64,000 bases of DNA from Tetramitus jugosus (taxonomy: Eukaryota > Protista > Heterolobosea). The stretch is taken from positions 310,001-374,000 of the forward strand of contig OW569371.1 in NCBI GenBank assembly GCA_937625935.1. The letters run 5' to 3'. Made by a program: the position numbers and the translations under genes. The notes below the pieces were generated by a model. That model did not search any database. It saw only the letters and a program-made list of their open reading frames with translations, and had not been told where the DNA came from. The stretch's first letter is position 1; every line of letters starts with the position of its first letter. This document shows positions 18,730 to 29,600 of this stretch, piece after piece.

Positions 18730-21700
18730 TTACTGGTTGTTGGAGTCTGCGAGAATGTTTGATAGGTACTGTTTGCCCTTGTACGAAAAGACAACATTGT
18801 ACTTCTTTTCATAGAGAGGGAGATCGTTCAGGAGAGAGTCATCCAATCTTCTTAGCTCTCGTTCGAGCTCCTGCCTCTGTTTCTCTTCTCTGATCACACG
18901 ACCAGGATCGTTGCCATACAATCTGGCTGGATCTGAGCTCGTTCTCGAGAATTCTCGTATTCGTTGTTTGATGAACTCTCTTCTGGTAATGATTTCCATT
19001 AGTGGTAGTTGGTCTGTGAGTCTCGAGATTTCTCTCTTAAAAGAGTCTAATACCTGAGGAGAATAAGTGGACACAGATTCAGTCTCCCACAAGAACTTGA
19101 ATCTTTCGGATGAATCTGTCTCTAAAGCGTTCCACAATTCGACCAGTCGGTTCTTGAATTTTTCTAGTCTTTCTTTGCCCTTTGCGTTCTCTTTGTCCTT
19201 TTGTTCTTCGAGAAGCTTTTGTTGTTGTTGTTCGAATGCTCTCATTTGAATTTCCTCTTCGGCTTCCTTGTACCTCTTTAGCTCGTCATCCTTCTTTCTC
19301 AACTCCTCTGCAAGTCTTAGTTCTTCTTCTTCTAATTGTTTTCTAGCAAATTCTTCCATCTCTCTCTTTGCCTTGAGTTCGACTTCGCTCATCAGTTTCT
19401 TGAACTTCTGGGTCGTAGACTTGTGATAATCTAATTTCCAAAGATCCATGCTATGTTGCATATTCTTCATTTGTTGTTCTAGATTTGATAGTGACTTCTC
19501 AACTGTTGTTCTCTGCTCCCGTTCTTCATTGGCATAAGCATGAGCTTCTTGGACTTGAGCATTAGCGGCTTCTTTAATTTGAGATACTTGTTGTTCAAAT
19601 CTAGCTCGAATATTTTCTTCTGCTTCAATTCTCATTTGATCCATCTTCTTTTCTTTTTCGATGATTGCTAATTGTCGTTGTTGATCGTCATCAAGCAATC
19701 TCGCTTCGCGGTCTTTGAGCAATTCCTGCAACTGAGCATCCTTTTCTTCGAGCATATTGTTATATCTCTCTCTCACCTGTAGTTCGAATTCAATTCTTTC
19801 TTGTTTCATTCTATTTCGAAGTTCATCGTCCTGATGATTTCTCTGCTCCATTTGTCTATCAAGATTTTGTTGAAGCTCCATGATGAGTTTATCATACTTG
19901 GCTCTGATCGTCTGTTCGTAGTCCATCTTACTGACTTCGAGTTGAGTCACCCTCTCAGAGTATTGTCTCTTGATTTCTTCAACATCATGAAGGAAGGAAT
20001 CCTTTGCCAATTCAAGCTTCCTATCCAAATCTAGTTGATATTGTTTTTGTTCGTCTTGCAACGCACGTCTCAAGTTGTCCAACTCTCTTTGATGGGCATC
20101 TTCCAACTTTTGTCTGATGTTCGCTTCATCATAACGAATTCGTTGAATAATTTGGTCCTGTTCGATCAATGATTGACTGTACTTTTCTTGATACCTTTCT
20201 CGAACTTGGTTATCAAATAGTGCTCTGTCTTCCTGTTCCTTGACTCTCGCTTGTCTATAATCCTCCTCGTGCTTCCTGATTTCACCTTCGTATAGTTCTT
20301 TTAATGACTGTATTTCTTCGTTCCACTTGTCATCAATGGCCTTCACCTTTTGTTCGTACATCTTATTGATCTTCTCTTCATGTTTCTCAGTCTTGATACG
20401 TTCTTTCATTTCGACGTCTCTGATTGATTCTTCTAATCTCTTCTTGGATTCACTTTGTGATTGGGATTCTCTAATTTCAAACTCTCTTCGGATGTTGACT
20501 TGAGATTTTTCAAGAAGGTTTTCATATTCCTTCTTTAATCTTTCTTCATTCTTTACAAGTTTTTCATTTAGATCTTGTTCTTTGATAAGAACGCGATCTT
20601 GCCATTTTTTGGCTTCGGCTTGCATATCTACATCCTTCTTTCTCAATTTAGAGTCATAATCTTCAACGATAGAATCGATCTTCATTTCGTACTCCTTCCT
20701 CATGTTCTCAGTGAAAGTCGTCATTTCTGAAAGTTTATATTCGAAGGACTGTTGCAACTCATTGATTCTTTCCTTTTCGTTTTGAATGAGAGCTTCATGT
20801 TTTTCTCGGAAATCAACTTCATATTTCAGTCTCTGAGCTTCAACTTCTCTCTCCTTCTCCAACAATGCTGATTTCAGAATGTTGTCATAGTGAGATCTCA
20901 AGTTGTATTCAAACTCCATACGTGATAACTCATATTGATTTATACGATTTTGTTCTCTCTGACACCTTTCATTCCACTCTTGTTGGATACGGTCCTCTAA
21001 TTCTTCCATTCCCTGCTTGACTATTTGTTCAAACGCCTTATTGCGTTCCTCGTAAGTTAACCTAATTTGATGCTCGTAAGCGATTAGCTTCTGTTCCATT
21101 TCTGCTTCCTTCTGAACATATTCCTTGTTTACGTCAGCTCTCTCTTTTTCTATTTGAGACTTCAAATCAGTTATCAGCAGTTCGTTTGCCTCTACTAGTT
21201 CTCTCTTTTCGACCTCGAAACTCTTTCTACACTCACGCTCATACTTTTGATACTGAGCATTCATTTCCCGCTCTTTATCCATTATTTCCTTCTTCATTGC
21301 TTGTCGCTCGTCATCGAGCTCTGCTCTGAGCTTTCGAATCTCACTCTTTTGTTTGTTCATGTGCTCTAAGATGAGCTGATCATACTTGCTTCTGATCGAC
21401 TCTTCATACTGAGCCATCTTAGACTCCGTCTCTCTTTCTCTTTGAAGGAATTCCTCCTCTCGTTCAGTCCAAGTTTTCTTATCCTTCATTCTTTGTTGTT
21501 CGATCTCGACTCTAACATTCTCCTGACCCAACTTCATATACTTTTCTCTGATAGTCTCTTCGTATTCCAGCTTGCCCTTTTCAAGGGATCTTTCTCGTTC
21601 AGAGTGAAGTCGAATTAAGTTGTCAATCTCCTCTTTGAATCTCTCTTCCATTGCACGTTTGTCGCGGAGAAGTTCTTGTCTCTCGTTATCTTGCATCTTC

Positions 21701-24700
21701 TCGTATCTCGAACGAACTTTCTCTTCATATGCCAGTCTCTCTTTCTCATATCCATTCACCTTTTCTCTCTCAGCAAAAAGATCTTCTTCTAACTTGTCCT
21801 TTTGTTTCTTCGCCTTTAACTCAAGTTCAGCGAGGAGTTGATTATATTTTCCTTCGATTTCTCGTTGGAGAAGTTCAAACTTGTCCCTCAAGCGAGATTC
21901 ATACTCGAACTTTTCTCTCTCCAAAGAATCTATCTCTTCGACTCTCTTTGTTTTGATTTTCTCGAGCTCTTCAGCGAAGCTGGCATCCTTGTTCCTCATT
22001 AAATCTTTGAATGCTTGCTCCTGCTCTTCCTTCAGTTGATCATACTTTTCACGTATCGATTTTTCATAGAGCACAACATCAATATCAAGCTTCTTTTGCT
22101 TTTCTTGTTGAATACGAGCCATATCATTTCTTTCATTTTCGATCTCACTCTTAAGTTGGCTAACAAGTTGTTTTGCTTCGGAGTCAGCCGCCTTGAGCAA
22201 TTTCTCGTATTTTGATCGTGTTTCCGACTCAAACTCTCGGCGTTGGTCCTCATACCATCGAACCCTATTTCTTTCATTCTGTTCTATTTCCTCCTTTCTC
22301 TTTTCGAGAGAATTGGCCCTAGACTCGAAATCTTTGTTCAGTACATCTTGTCTCTGGCTCAACTCTCTCTCCATTTCTAATCGGAGTTCTTTTTCGAGTT
22401 TTGCTCTGTCTTCTTTGTCTTGAATTGTTCTCTCTGTAATCTCCTTATGAAGCTTCTGACGTTCTTTCTCAATTACCTCCTTCATTTCCTGAATTCTTGA
22501 ATCTGCATTTGTTTCCAGTTTAATTCTCAAATTGTCAATTTGAGATCGTAATTCTTTTTCTCTCAATCGCAGTTGTTCGTCCAGTGCTTGTTTGTATTGG
22601 CTCTTCTCTTCTTGAATCTTATTCAATAGATCGTTATAATATTCTTCGAGCTTCATTTTCTCTACTCTTGCTCTCTCCTCAGCTTTTCTGACTAATTCCA
22701 TTGCGCGATCTCTACTCTCTTGTTCGAATTGTTTCTTTTCTGCTTCCATATTGATCACTTTTGTATTCAATTCATCCATCTCTACCTGTCGTGTCTCTCT
22801 TTCCTTCTTGTCCTTTTCGAGTAATTCTTGTCTAACCTTGATAATGTACTCGTGGAGTAAGCGTTGATATCTCTTCTTGGCCTCTTCTTCATATTGAATC
22901 TTTGCAAGATCTGTTTGTCGAGTGATATCCATTATCTTTTCCTCGTACAACTTTCTCGTTTCTTGTTCTTTTCTATTCAACGTCTCTGAATAAGCTTTCT
23001 GTTCTTCGATATTTTGCTTTAGTTGATTGATTAACTCACTATAGACCGCTTCCGTTTCTTCAGCAGCTGCTTGGAATTTTTGTTGAATACGATCTTCGAA
23101 TCTCAACCTTTCTTCTTCGAACTGTTTCCTTAACAAAATTTCTTGTTGCAATCTTTCGCCTTCAAAATCGATTTCTTTTTGAAGTCTTCCTTGAGCTTCT
23201 CTCTTGGCTTCGTCAGTCAAGCTACCAATGATGTATTGATACTTTGTTGCAAGAGTCTCTTCAATTCTCTCTTTCTCTTGTCGTAATTGAAGTTCTATCT
23301 CGCTCTGCCTTCTCTCATATTCGTCTCGCTGAGACTTGACTTGCATTTTCAAATTTTGAATTTGTTGTTGATAGAACACTTCCTTCTCCTTGAATAATCG
23401 TTGATACTTTTCACGCATATCAATTTCATTTTCCTCCTTCTTCTTATCATTCTCAATCAGTTGGTCCTGGACCTCTTTTCTGACTAGAGAGAGTTGTTGC
23501 TCATGCTTTTCTAAAAGCTTCTGCTTCTCTTCCTTCAGCTTGTGACAACGGTCTCTGTACAAATCTTCATATTCATCCCGCACAGCTTCATCAAAGCGAT
23601 TCTTTTCTTCCTCGATTTTCTTCTGGAAGTCTATCTTTTCTTCCTCCATTCTCTTCCTTAAATCGTTTTCATTCTGTTGCATCTCTCGAATCTTTGCTTC
23701 ATATTTATCAGTTACCTCCCGCACCTTATCGCTGTAGCTCTCTCGGAGTTGTCGTTCATATGCAGCCTTCTCATATCCCATGGCATCCTTCTTATTAGTA
23801 AACTCATTCTCAGTCTTGTTGATTTGCCTTTCAAGCTCGAGCTTGACTTCCTTGAGACTCTTCTCATATTGCTCTTCGAGTTCCTTTTTCTTCTCTTGCA
23901 GTTTGACAGAATGATCTTTCTCAATTCTTCTTCTCTCCTCTTCCAATTGTAAGACCTTTTCTTCATAATCCTGTTTGATCTTGGATTCCACTTCCCTAAA
24001 GTTAAGTTCAATTTCTTTGACTTCCTTCTTTTGGGTTAGTCTCATATTGCTGAGCTTCTCGTCAAATCGACGTCGTAGATCATCCATTTCTCGCTCATGT
24101 TGCTCCCTTTCTTCCAAAATCTTTCTTCCCTCTTCTTTGGTCATCTTCTCCCACTGAGCATAGAGATCGTTCCTAAGGTTTTCGATATGATTGATAGCTT
24201 CTTCCTCCTTTTGCCGTTTAATTTCTTCGGCTTTTCTTAATAACTCCTTTTCACGAGCATAGAGTCGATGTTTTTCTTCTTCTATGCTCTTGAAGGCATT
24301 TTGCTCTTTGGTGCTTAATTCATCTTGGAGTATTCTCTTCTTCTCACTCAACTCCTTCTCCATATTTCTTCGAAGATCAGCTTTCAGCGTTTCATACTTT
24401 TCAATTAGCTCCCTCTCAAACTCCTTTCGTCTCTCAACCTCTTCTTCATGTTGTCTCTTTTGCTTTTGAGCTTGAATTTCGATTTCCTTGAGTTTCTCCT
24501 GTTGTGCCTTTTCTGCCTCCTCTTTCATCTTGATATCAAACTCTCTCACAATTTTCATTGCTGCATCAATGGCCTTTCTTTCGAATTCAGATCGAGATTC
24601 TCCTTCTAATCTTAATCTATCGAGAGACTGTTCACTGACCGCCACTATCGCTTTTTGTTGATTTGACATGTGAGCTTGTTGATTGTGAGCCAACTGCTTT

Positions 24701-25998
24701 TCGAAATTGTTGATCATTTCTACTGTTTTACCGAGAACAGAGTTCTGGAACGATGATTGTTGCTCCACTAGTAATGCAGAGTTTAGGAGTCTTTCTTTAT
24801 CGAGTTGTTCTAACATTAGAGCTTCCTTCTGCTTAAGTTCTTGCTTCTTCAGCTCAAAATCTTGGGTCATTTGGTTCTTCATGTTTTCAAATCGAGAGTT
24901 CATCATTACTTCGTACTGGCGCTTCTCTTCTTCGAACTTTTCTCTAAAAGATTTGATTTCTCGATTCTTTGCTTCTTCGAGTTGAATTCGTTTGTGCTCT
25001 AACTCTTTCTTTTTATCTTCAAATTCGAGTATTAAATCCTCTTGTCTCTGCTTTGCAATCTTCTCTAATTCTTTCTTTGTTTGACTATCACTTCGTTTAA
25101 GTTGTAATGTGTATTCCCTAATCATCTCGTCAGCTCTTTGCTGAGCCTGCAACGGGATAGAGTTTCGAAGAGAGTCTAACTCAGCTCTCATCGCTACCTC
25201 GCGCTCAGAAAAAGAGGAACGCAATTCAGCCATCTCCTGCTCTAATTCCTCATATCTTTTACGATATGATTCAACCTTCTCATCAGATGTTTTATGCAAC
25301 TCGCTCCTCTGCATGTACAACTTCTTTTGAAGATTCTCAATTTGTAATTGATAGTCTTGAAGTTTGATATTGTATCTCTCTTGCATTTCCTTCGTTATCT
25401 TCTCCTTCAACTCTTCTTTTTGCCCTAAAAATTCAAGTTTTAATCTTTGAGCCGCTTCTTTCTCTGAGTTTAACTCTTCTTCAATGGCTATGGCAGTATC
25501 TTTATACTTTCGTATCAATTCTTCAGCCTTCATATACACCTCTTCTTGAGCTCTTTCAGATCGCTCTTTTTGTTGTCTTATAATTTCTTCAGCACGTTGC
25601 ATAACATGATCTTCATACTCCTTCCTATCCCGATCCTCAAATTGTCTCAATGCTCCTCTGAACTGCTGCTCAAGTTCGTCAGCATTGGCTTGTTGTTGTT
25701 CTCTACTCTTATCGTAAACACCTTTTAAAGATCCACCCGGAGATTGATAAGAAGGTCTTGGTGTTAATTGAGAGCTATTCTTTTGTACAGCTGAAAGCTT
25801 TGGGGTAGAAGTAGAGACTTTCTTGGTACTTCTTGGGGATGTTAACGTATTTTTTGGTGTGGATGGTGTAGCCAGAATTTCTGATGATGGTTCTCCTTCG
25901 TCTTCCTCTTCTCTTCTGGCACGATTTTTCCTGTAATGTGCCACCCTGTTGGCCATCAATACCTCACGTTTCTTTGGTGAAATATCACGCTCACTCAT
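18730..25998 (-). CDS. Giant (about 2420 aa) coiled-coil protein with C-terminal MAP65/Ase1/PRC1-like (CCDC87-like) domain
   Basis: Uninterrupted ORF of E/R/K/Q heptads; C-terminus LVELWNAL..SDPARLY..REEKQR..YEKKYNVVFSYKGKQYL. Start MSERD assumed; the ORF is open to 26304. Confidence 0.75.
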   Translation of the reverse strand: MSERDISPKKREVLMANRVAHYRKNRARREEEDEGEPSSEILATPSTPKNTLTSPRSTKKVSTSTPKLSAVQKNSSQLTPRPSYQSPGGSLKGVYDKSREQQQANADELEQQFRGALRQFEDRDRKEYEDHVMQRAEEIIRQQKERSERAQEEVYMKAEELIRKYKDTAIAIEEELNSEKEAAQRLKLEFLGQKEELKEKITKEMQERYNIKLQDYQLQIENLQKKLYMQRSELHKTSDEKVESYRKRYEELEQEMAELRSSFSEREVAMRAELDSLRNSIPLQAQQRADEMIREYTLQLKRSDSQTKKELEKIAKQRQEDLILEFEDKKKELEHKRIQLEEAKNREIKSFREKFEEEKRQYEVMMNSRFENMKNQMTQDFELKKQELKQKEALMLEQLDKERLLNSALLVEQQSSFQNSVLGKTVEMINNFEKQLAHNQQAHMSNQQKAIVAVSEQSLDRLRLEGESRSEFERKAIDAAMKIVREFDIKMKEEAEKAQQEKLKEIEIQAQKQKRQHEEEVERRKEFERELIEKYETLKADLRRNMEKELSEKKRILQDELSTKEQNAFKSIEEEKHRLYAREKELLRKAEEIKRQKEEEAINHIENLRNDLYAQWEKMTKEEGRKILEEREQHEREMDDLRRRFDEKLSNMRLTQKKEVKEIELNFREVESKIKQDYEEKVLQLEEERRRIEKDHSVKLQEKKKELEEQYEKSLKEVKLELERQINKTENEFTNKKDAMGYEKAAYERQLRESYSDKVREVTDKYEAKIREMQQNENDLRKRMEEEKIDFQKKIEEEKNRFDEAVRDEYEDLYRDRCHKLKEEKQKLLEKHEQQLSLVRKEVQDQLIENDKKKEENEIDMREKYQRLFKEKEVFYQQQIQNLKMQVKSQRDEYERRQSEIELQLRQEKERIEETLATKYQYIIGSLTDEAKREAQGRLQKEIDFEGERLQQEILLRKQFEEERLRFEDRIQQKFQAAAEETEAVYSELINQLKQNIEEQKAYSETLNRKEQETRKLYEEKIMDITRQTDLAKIQYEEEAKKRYQRLLHEYIIKVRQELLEKDKKERETRQVEMDELNTKVINMEAEKKQFEQESRDRAMELVRKAEERARVEKMKLEEYYNDLLNKIQEEKSQYKQALDEQLRLREKELRSQIDNLRIKLETNADSRIQEMKEVIEKERQKLHKEITERTIQDKEDRAKLEKELRLEMERELSQRQDVLNKDFESRANSLEKRKEEIEQNERNRVRWYEDQRREFESETRSKYEKLLKAADSEAKQLVSQLKSEIENERNDMARIQQEKQKKLDIDVVLYEKSIREKYDQLKEEQEQAFKDLMRNKDASFAEELEKIKTKRVEEIDSLEREKFEYESRLRDKFELLQREIEGKYNQLLAELELKAKKQKDKLEEDLFAEREKVNGYEKERLAYEEKVRSRYEKMQDNERQELLRDKRAMEERFKEEIDNLIRLHSERERSLEKGKLEYEETIREKYMKLGQENVRVEIEQQRMKDKKTWTEREEEFLQRERETESKMAQYEESIRSKYDQLILEHMNKQKSEIRKLRAELDDERQAMKKEIMDKEREMNAQYQKYERECRKSFEVEKRELVEANELLITDLKSQIEKERADVNKEYVQKEAEMEQKLIAYEHQIRLTYEERNKAFEQIVKQGMEELEDRIQQEWNERCQREQNRINQYELSRMEFEYNLRSHYDNILKSALLEKEREVEAQRLKYEVDFREKHEALIQNEKERINELQQSFEYKLSEMTTFTENMRKEYEMKIDSIVEDYDSKLRKKDVDMQAEAKKWQDRVLIKEQDLNEKLVKNEERLKKEYENLLEKSQVNIRREFEIRESQSQSESKKRLEESIRDVEMKERIKTEKHEEKINKMYEQKVKAIDDKWNEEIQSLKELYEGEIRKHEEDYRQARVKEQEDRALFDNQVRERYQEKYSQSLIEQDQIIQRIRYDEANIRQKLEDAHQRELDNLRRALQDEQKQYQLDLDRKLELAKDSFLHDVEEIKRQYSERVTQLEVSKMDYEQTIRAKYDKLIMELQQNLDRQMEQRNHQDDELRNRMKQERIEFELQVRERYNNMLEEKDAQLQELLKDREARLLDDDQQRQLAIIEKEKKMDQMRIEAEENIRARFEQQVSQIKEAANAQVQEAHAYANEEREQRTTVEKSLSNLEQQMKNMQHSMDLWKLDYHKSTTQKFKKLMSEVELKAKREMEEFARKQLEEEELRLAEELRKKDDELKRYKEAEEEIQMRAFEQQQQKLLEEQKDKENAKGKERLEKFKNRLVELWNALETDSSERFKFLWETESVSTYSPQVLDSFKREISRLTDQLPLMEIITRREFIKQRIREFSRTSSDPARLYGNDPGRVIREEKQRQELERELRRLDDSLLNDLPLYEKKYNVVFSYKGKQYLSNILADSNNQ

Positions 25999-26606
25999 CT
26001 CCTCTAAAGTACAAGTTAAAAAGGAAGCAAAAACTATTGAATTTGGAGGTGTGTTTGTTTTCGTCTGTGTAGAAAGCAAATTGTTCAAGGCTTCGTGAAA
26101 AAATCGTAACGGCGATTTTGGCGCAGCGCGAGACGATAACTGTCGGGTGAACCTTACAAATTTCGTACAGTACGAAACATGTCGAACAGGAAGAGTCCAG
26201 ATTTCGGATATCTCATCTCGACTTGTCGGCTCCATATGTTGATGAACGATGCCAAAAAATGGCATCTTTACACAAACCTCAAAATGCCTCTGTTGGCCTT
26301 GCAAGCACCAATCATTTCTCGTGGAGCTCCCTGTTATTCAGTGAGCACTCATCTCTTATACACACGAGACTCTTGATTCATGATCTCTCATGCATGACCA
26401 TGTTGTGTCGGAGTGTGCTGTCAAGCTGGGTTGACTCGAAAAACTTTTGGCGCTTTTTTTTTCCACATTTTTCTCACCTTTCAAAGTTCTGTGCTCCGAA
26501 CTTTTGTCCTTTCATCAAAAAGCCCAGCTCGTTTCCCTTTGGCAAGACAAAAACCAACAACTCAGCCCAGACTTCACTCACATAAACCTCTCACACGAAC
26601 TCCACC

Positions 26607-29600
26607 ATGGCAAGGTACGACCTACTTTTTACATACTTGACGTCAAGATATCGAAACACAAAAAACTAACACTACTCATCATTTACAGAACATTCCAAAC
26701 TGCCCGCAAGAGCACTGGCGGAAAAGCACCAAGAAGACAACTATCTGGTGGTATGCAATCTCCAGCACCATCTACTGCCCCTTTTAATTTTATTTCTCAT
26801 ACACTGTATGGAGCAGCTGCTACCGCAACCAGCGCTTCAAATGCAACAACGAGCAACAACACTATGCAAATAACCATCAGAACTCTGACTGGAAAGGGCA
26901 TCACACTGGACGTACAAGGTAATGATACCATTGAATCCCTGAAGCACAAGATTCAGGACAACGAAGGTATCCCTCCAGCGCAACAACGTTTGATTTGGGC
27001 TGGTAAACAATTGGAAGACGGAAGAACTCTCAGTGATTACAGCATTCAAAATGGTTCTACACTTCACTTGGTATTAAACCTCAGAGGTGATCATTCAGCA
27101 GCTACTACGAACGCTGCTGCTACCACTAGAGCAAAGAGACCATTGGAGGAGGAAGAAACCATTTCTACAAGCGGTGATGAGGAAGAAGCTACAGAGAAGC
27201 CTAAGAGCTCTCAAATATCTCTGAGCGACAGTGGAGCGAGTGATGGTGATGACGAAGGTGTAGAAGACACGTCACAAAAGACAGAAGTGTCTGCATCTCG
27301 TACGACAAAGAAAAAGAGTGGTGAATCAGCGGCAAAAAAGTCAAAAATTGTACAGGTGCAGCCAAGAGAACGTCACAGCAGACGTTCAAAGCAAGTGGCT
27401 GAAGATTCGCTCAAGAAGACTTCCTACAACGTTGACCTTGATATCAGGAAGGAATTGAAACACATTATCTCTGTGGCAAGTGATAGTGAGTATAGTGGTG
27501 CTGAGTCTCATGGTTCTGATGCTGAAGACGATGAAGAATTTTCTGACGCTCCAAAAAAGGAGAGAAAACCAAGAGAGAAGAAACCAAGAGCGCCTCGAGG
27601 AACTGCCAAGAAAGCGAGAGCACCTCGCGCCAAGAAGGAAAAGGTTGCAAAGGCACCCAAGAAGCCAAGACCTTCTCCATGTACTTTTACACCAACACCT
27701 GAGCTCATTGAAAAGTTGGAAAAGATGACTGATGAGACATTTTCAAATAAGTCCAAGGATATTGTTACTGGTTGCAGTCCAATTGTTTCCAGTCGAGAGG
27801 CAATCAGAGCAGTTCTCATCAAGGATCATGAGCTATTGCAAAGAGTTGTGAACGATTTCGATCATGTGAATAACTATTTGATTGAGAGAGGAGTTGACTG
27901 TGATACTCTGCTCTTGATCTCGCATTGAGAGCAAATGATCTGGAGGCTGCCAAAATCATCATGAAGGGACCAACCATTTCTCCTGCAAATAAGTCGAGAG
28001 TGACAACATCTAGCAGTTTGAATAATCACAACACTGGGTCTTATTCCCGCTTTACTTATGGTAGAAATATTCGAGCCATTCATGCCGCTAGAGGATCCAA
28101 GGAAGGAGTTAACGCTTTGACAAAGGATGGATCCAACTATTCTACTTATCATTCAGTTAATCACAAGTCTGCAGTTTCTGCTCTTAAATATCCTTTAACC
28201 AAGGATACTGTTAGTTTCCTGCTGACAGATTTTAATCGTTGGACGTTAGAAGATTCAGGAATGTATGAAGTAGTCGAAGCAGGTAACTTGGATGTTGCAT
28301 TGTATTTGGCTGAAAGTATTTCTGGATATGGCGCAGGATTAAATACTCTTCATATTGAAGCCCTAAAGCTGAGAAATGACGATGAACAGTTTTCAAAGTA
28401 TCAAGTAAGATCTGTAACGAAGAAGGGAGGTCAAAATGGTATTACACCGCTTCATTTTGCAGCAATCAATCCAAATCCAAAGTTTTTGACCGAACTCGCT
28501 TCTCAAGTTGGTATTCATATTGTTGATGCAAAGAATAGAAAACCAATTCATTTTGCTGCTGCATGTACAACATCTGCCACCGTCAAGGTGTTGCTTGAAA
28601 AGGGAGCCGCGTTAGATGAAGGTGATAAAACAAAGAGAATCCCTCTTCACTATGCAGCAAAGGCAGGCAGAGTTCACAACATTGAACATCTTTTGCCTGA
28701 AGATATGCTCCACTTGGCTAATATCAAGGACACCTTTGGATTTACACCAATGCATATTGCTGCGTACTACGGTCATCACGAGTTCGTCAAGGAATTATTG
28801 GGTAGAGGTGTTGATGTCAATGTTTTGGACACTAGAAAGGAAACTCCATTGTTCTCTGCTGCTAAGGCTGGTCACTTGGAAGTTGTCAAGGTGTTGGTTG
28901 AACATGGTGCTTCTCTTGCTAAACAAGATAAACACAGAAGATGTGCACTTTTGCTTGCTGTAATGAATGGACATTACGAAGTTTCAAAGTACTTGATTAT
29001 GCATGGAGCCAATCCAAATGCTGCCGATAGTTCCAATAATTTTGCTATGCACTATGCATGTGCTTATGGATGGTTGAACATTGTCAAGATGCTTCACAAG
29101 GCTGGGGCTAACTTGAATTCATTCAATGATTGGAAAAAGACTCCTCTTAGTGTTGCATTCTTGAAGGGTTTCATTGGTATCTGTGACTATCTGCTCAGTT
29201 TCCCTGAAGTTGATGTGAATATTCAAGATGAAAATGGTCAAACAATGTTGCATAACATTCTCACATCCAGAAATAATGATACTTTCAAATTGGCAAACTT
29301 TTTGATTACAGAAAAGGGAGCTAAAGTCGATATCCTTGATTCGGGTGATAATTCACTCTTCCACATCCTCTGTAGCTCAAAGCACGATGATGACTTGAAG
29401 ATAGCAGAACTATTGCTTCGACATCAAACACCACTTGATACAAACAACAAGGAAGATGTCAGACCTTTGGAAAAGGCATTATCTGTCCTAAATCTCACAA
29501 TGATCAAGTTCTTGCTTGAAAATAATGCTAGAGTTGAATACGAAAAACAAAAGTCCAATTTGTTGCATCGTATTATGGTTCAAACTGGTGATGGTATTCA

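Noticed and set aside
19067-25728. Many short antisense ORFs over the coiled-coil genes
   Set aside because: They are shadows of biased E/K/Q codon usage on the opposite strand.
26447-26688. N-terminal extension of the 493-aa ORF (MALFF...)
   Set aside because: It starts at TTG and runs through promoter and intron. The spliced ATG at 26607 in CCACC context gives the H3 start.
26607-27091. A true histone H3 gene or a ubiquitin precursor
   Set aside because: No histone fold follows residue 21, and the ubiquitin lacks the terminal GG.
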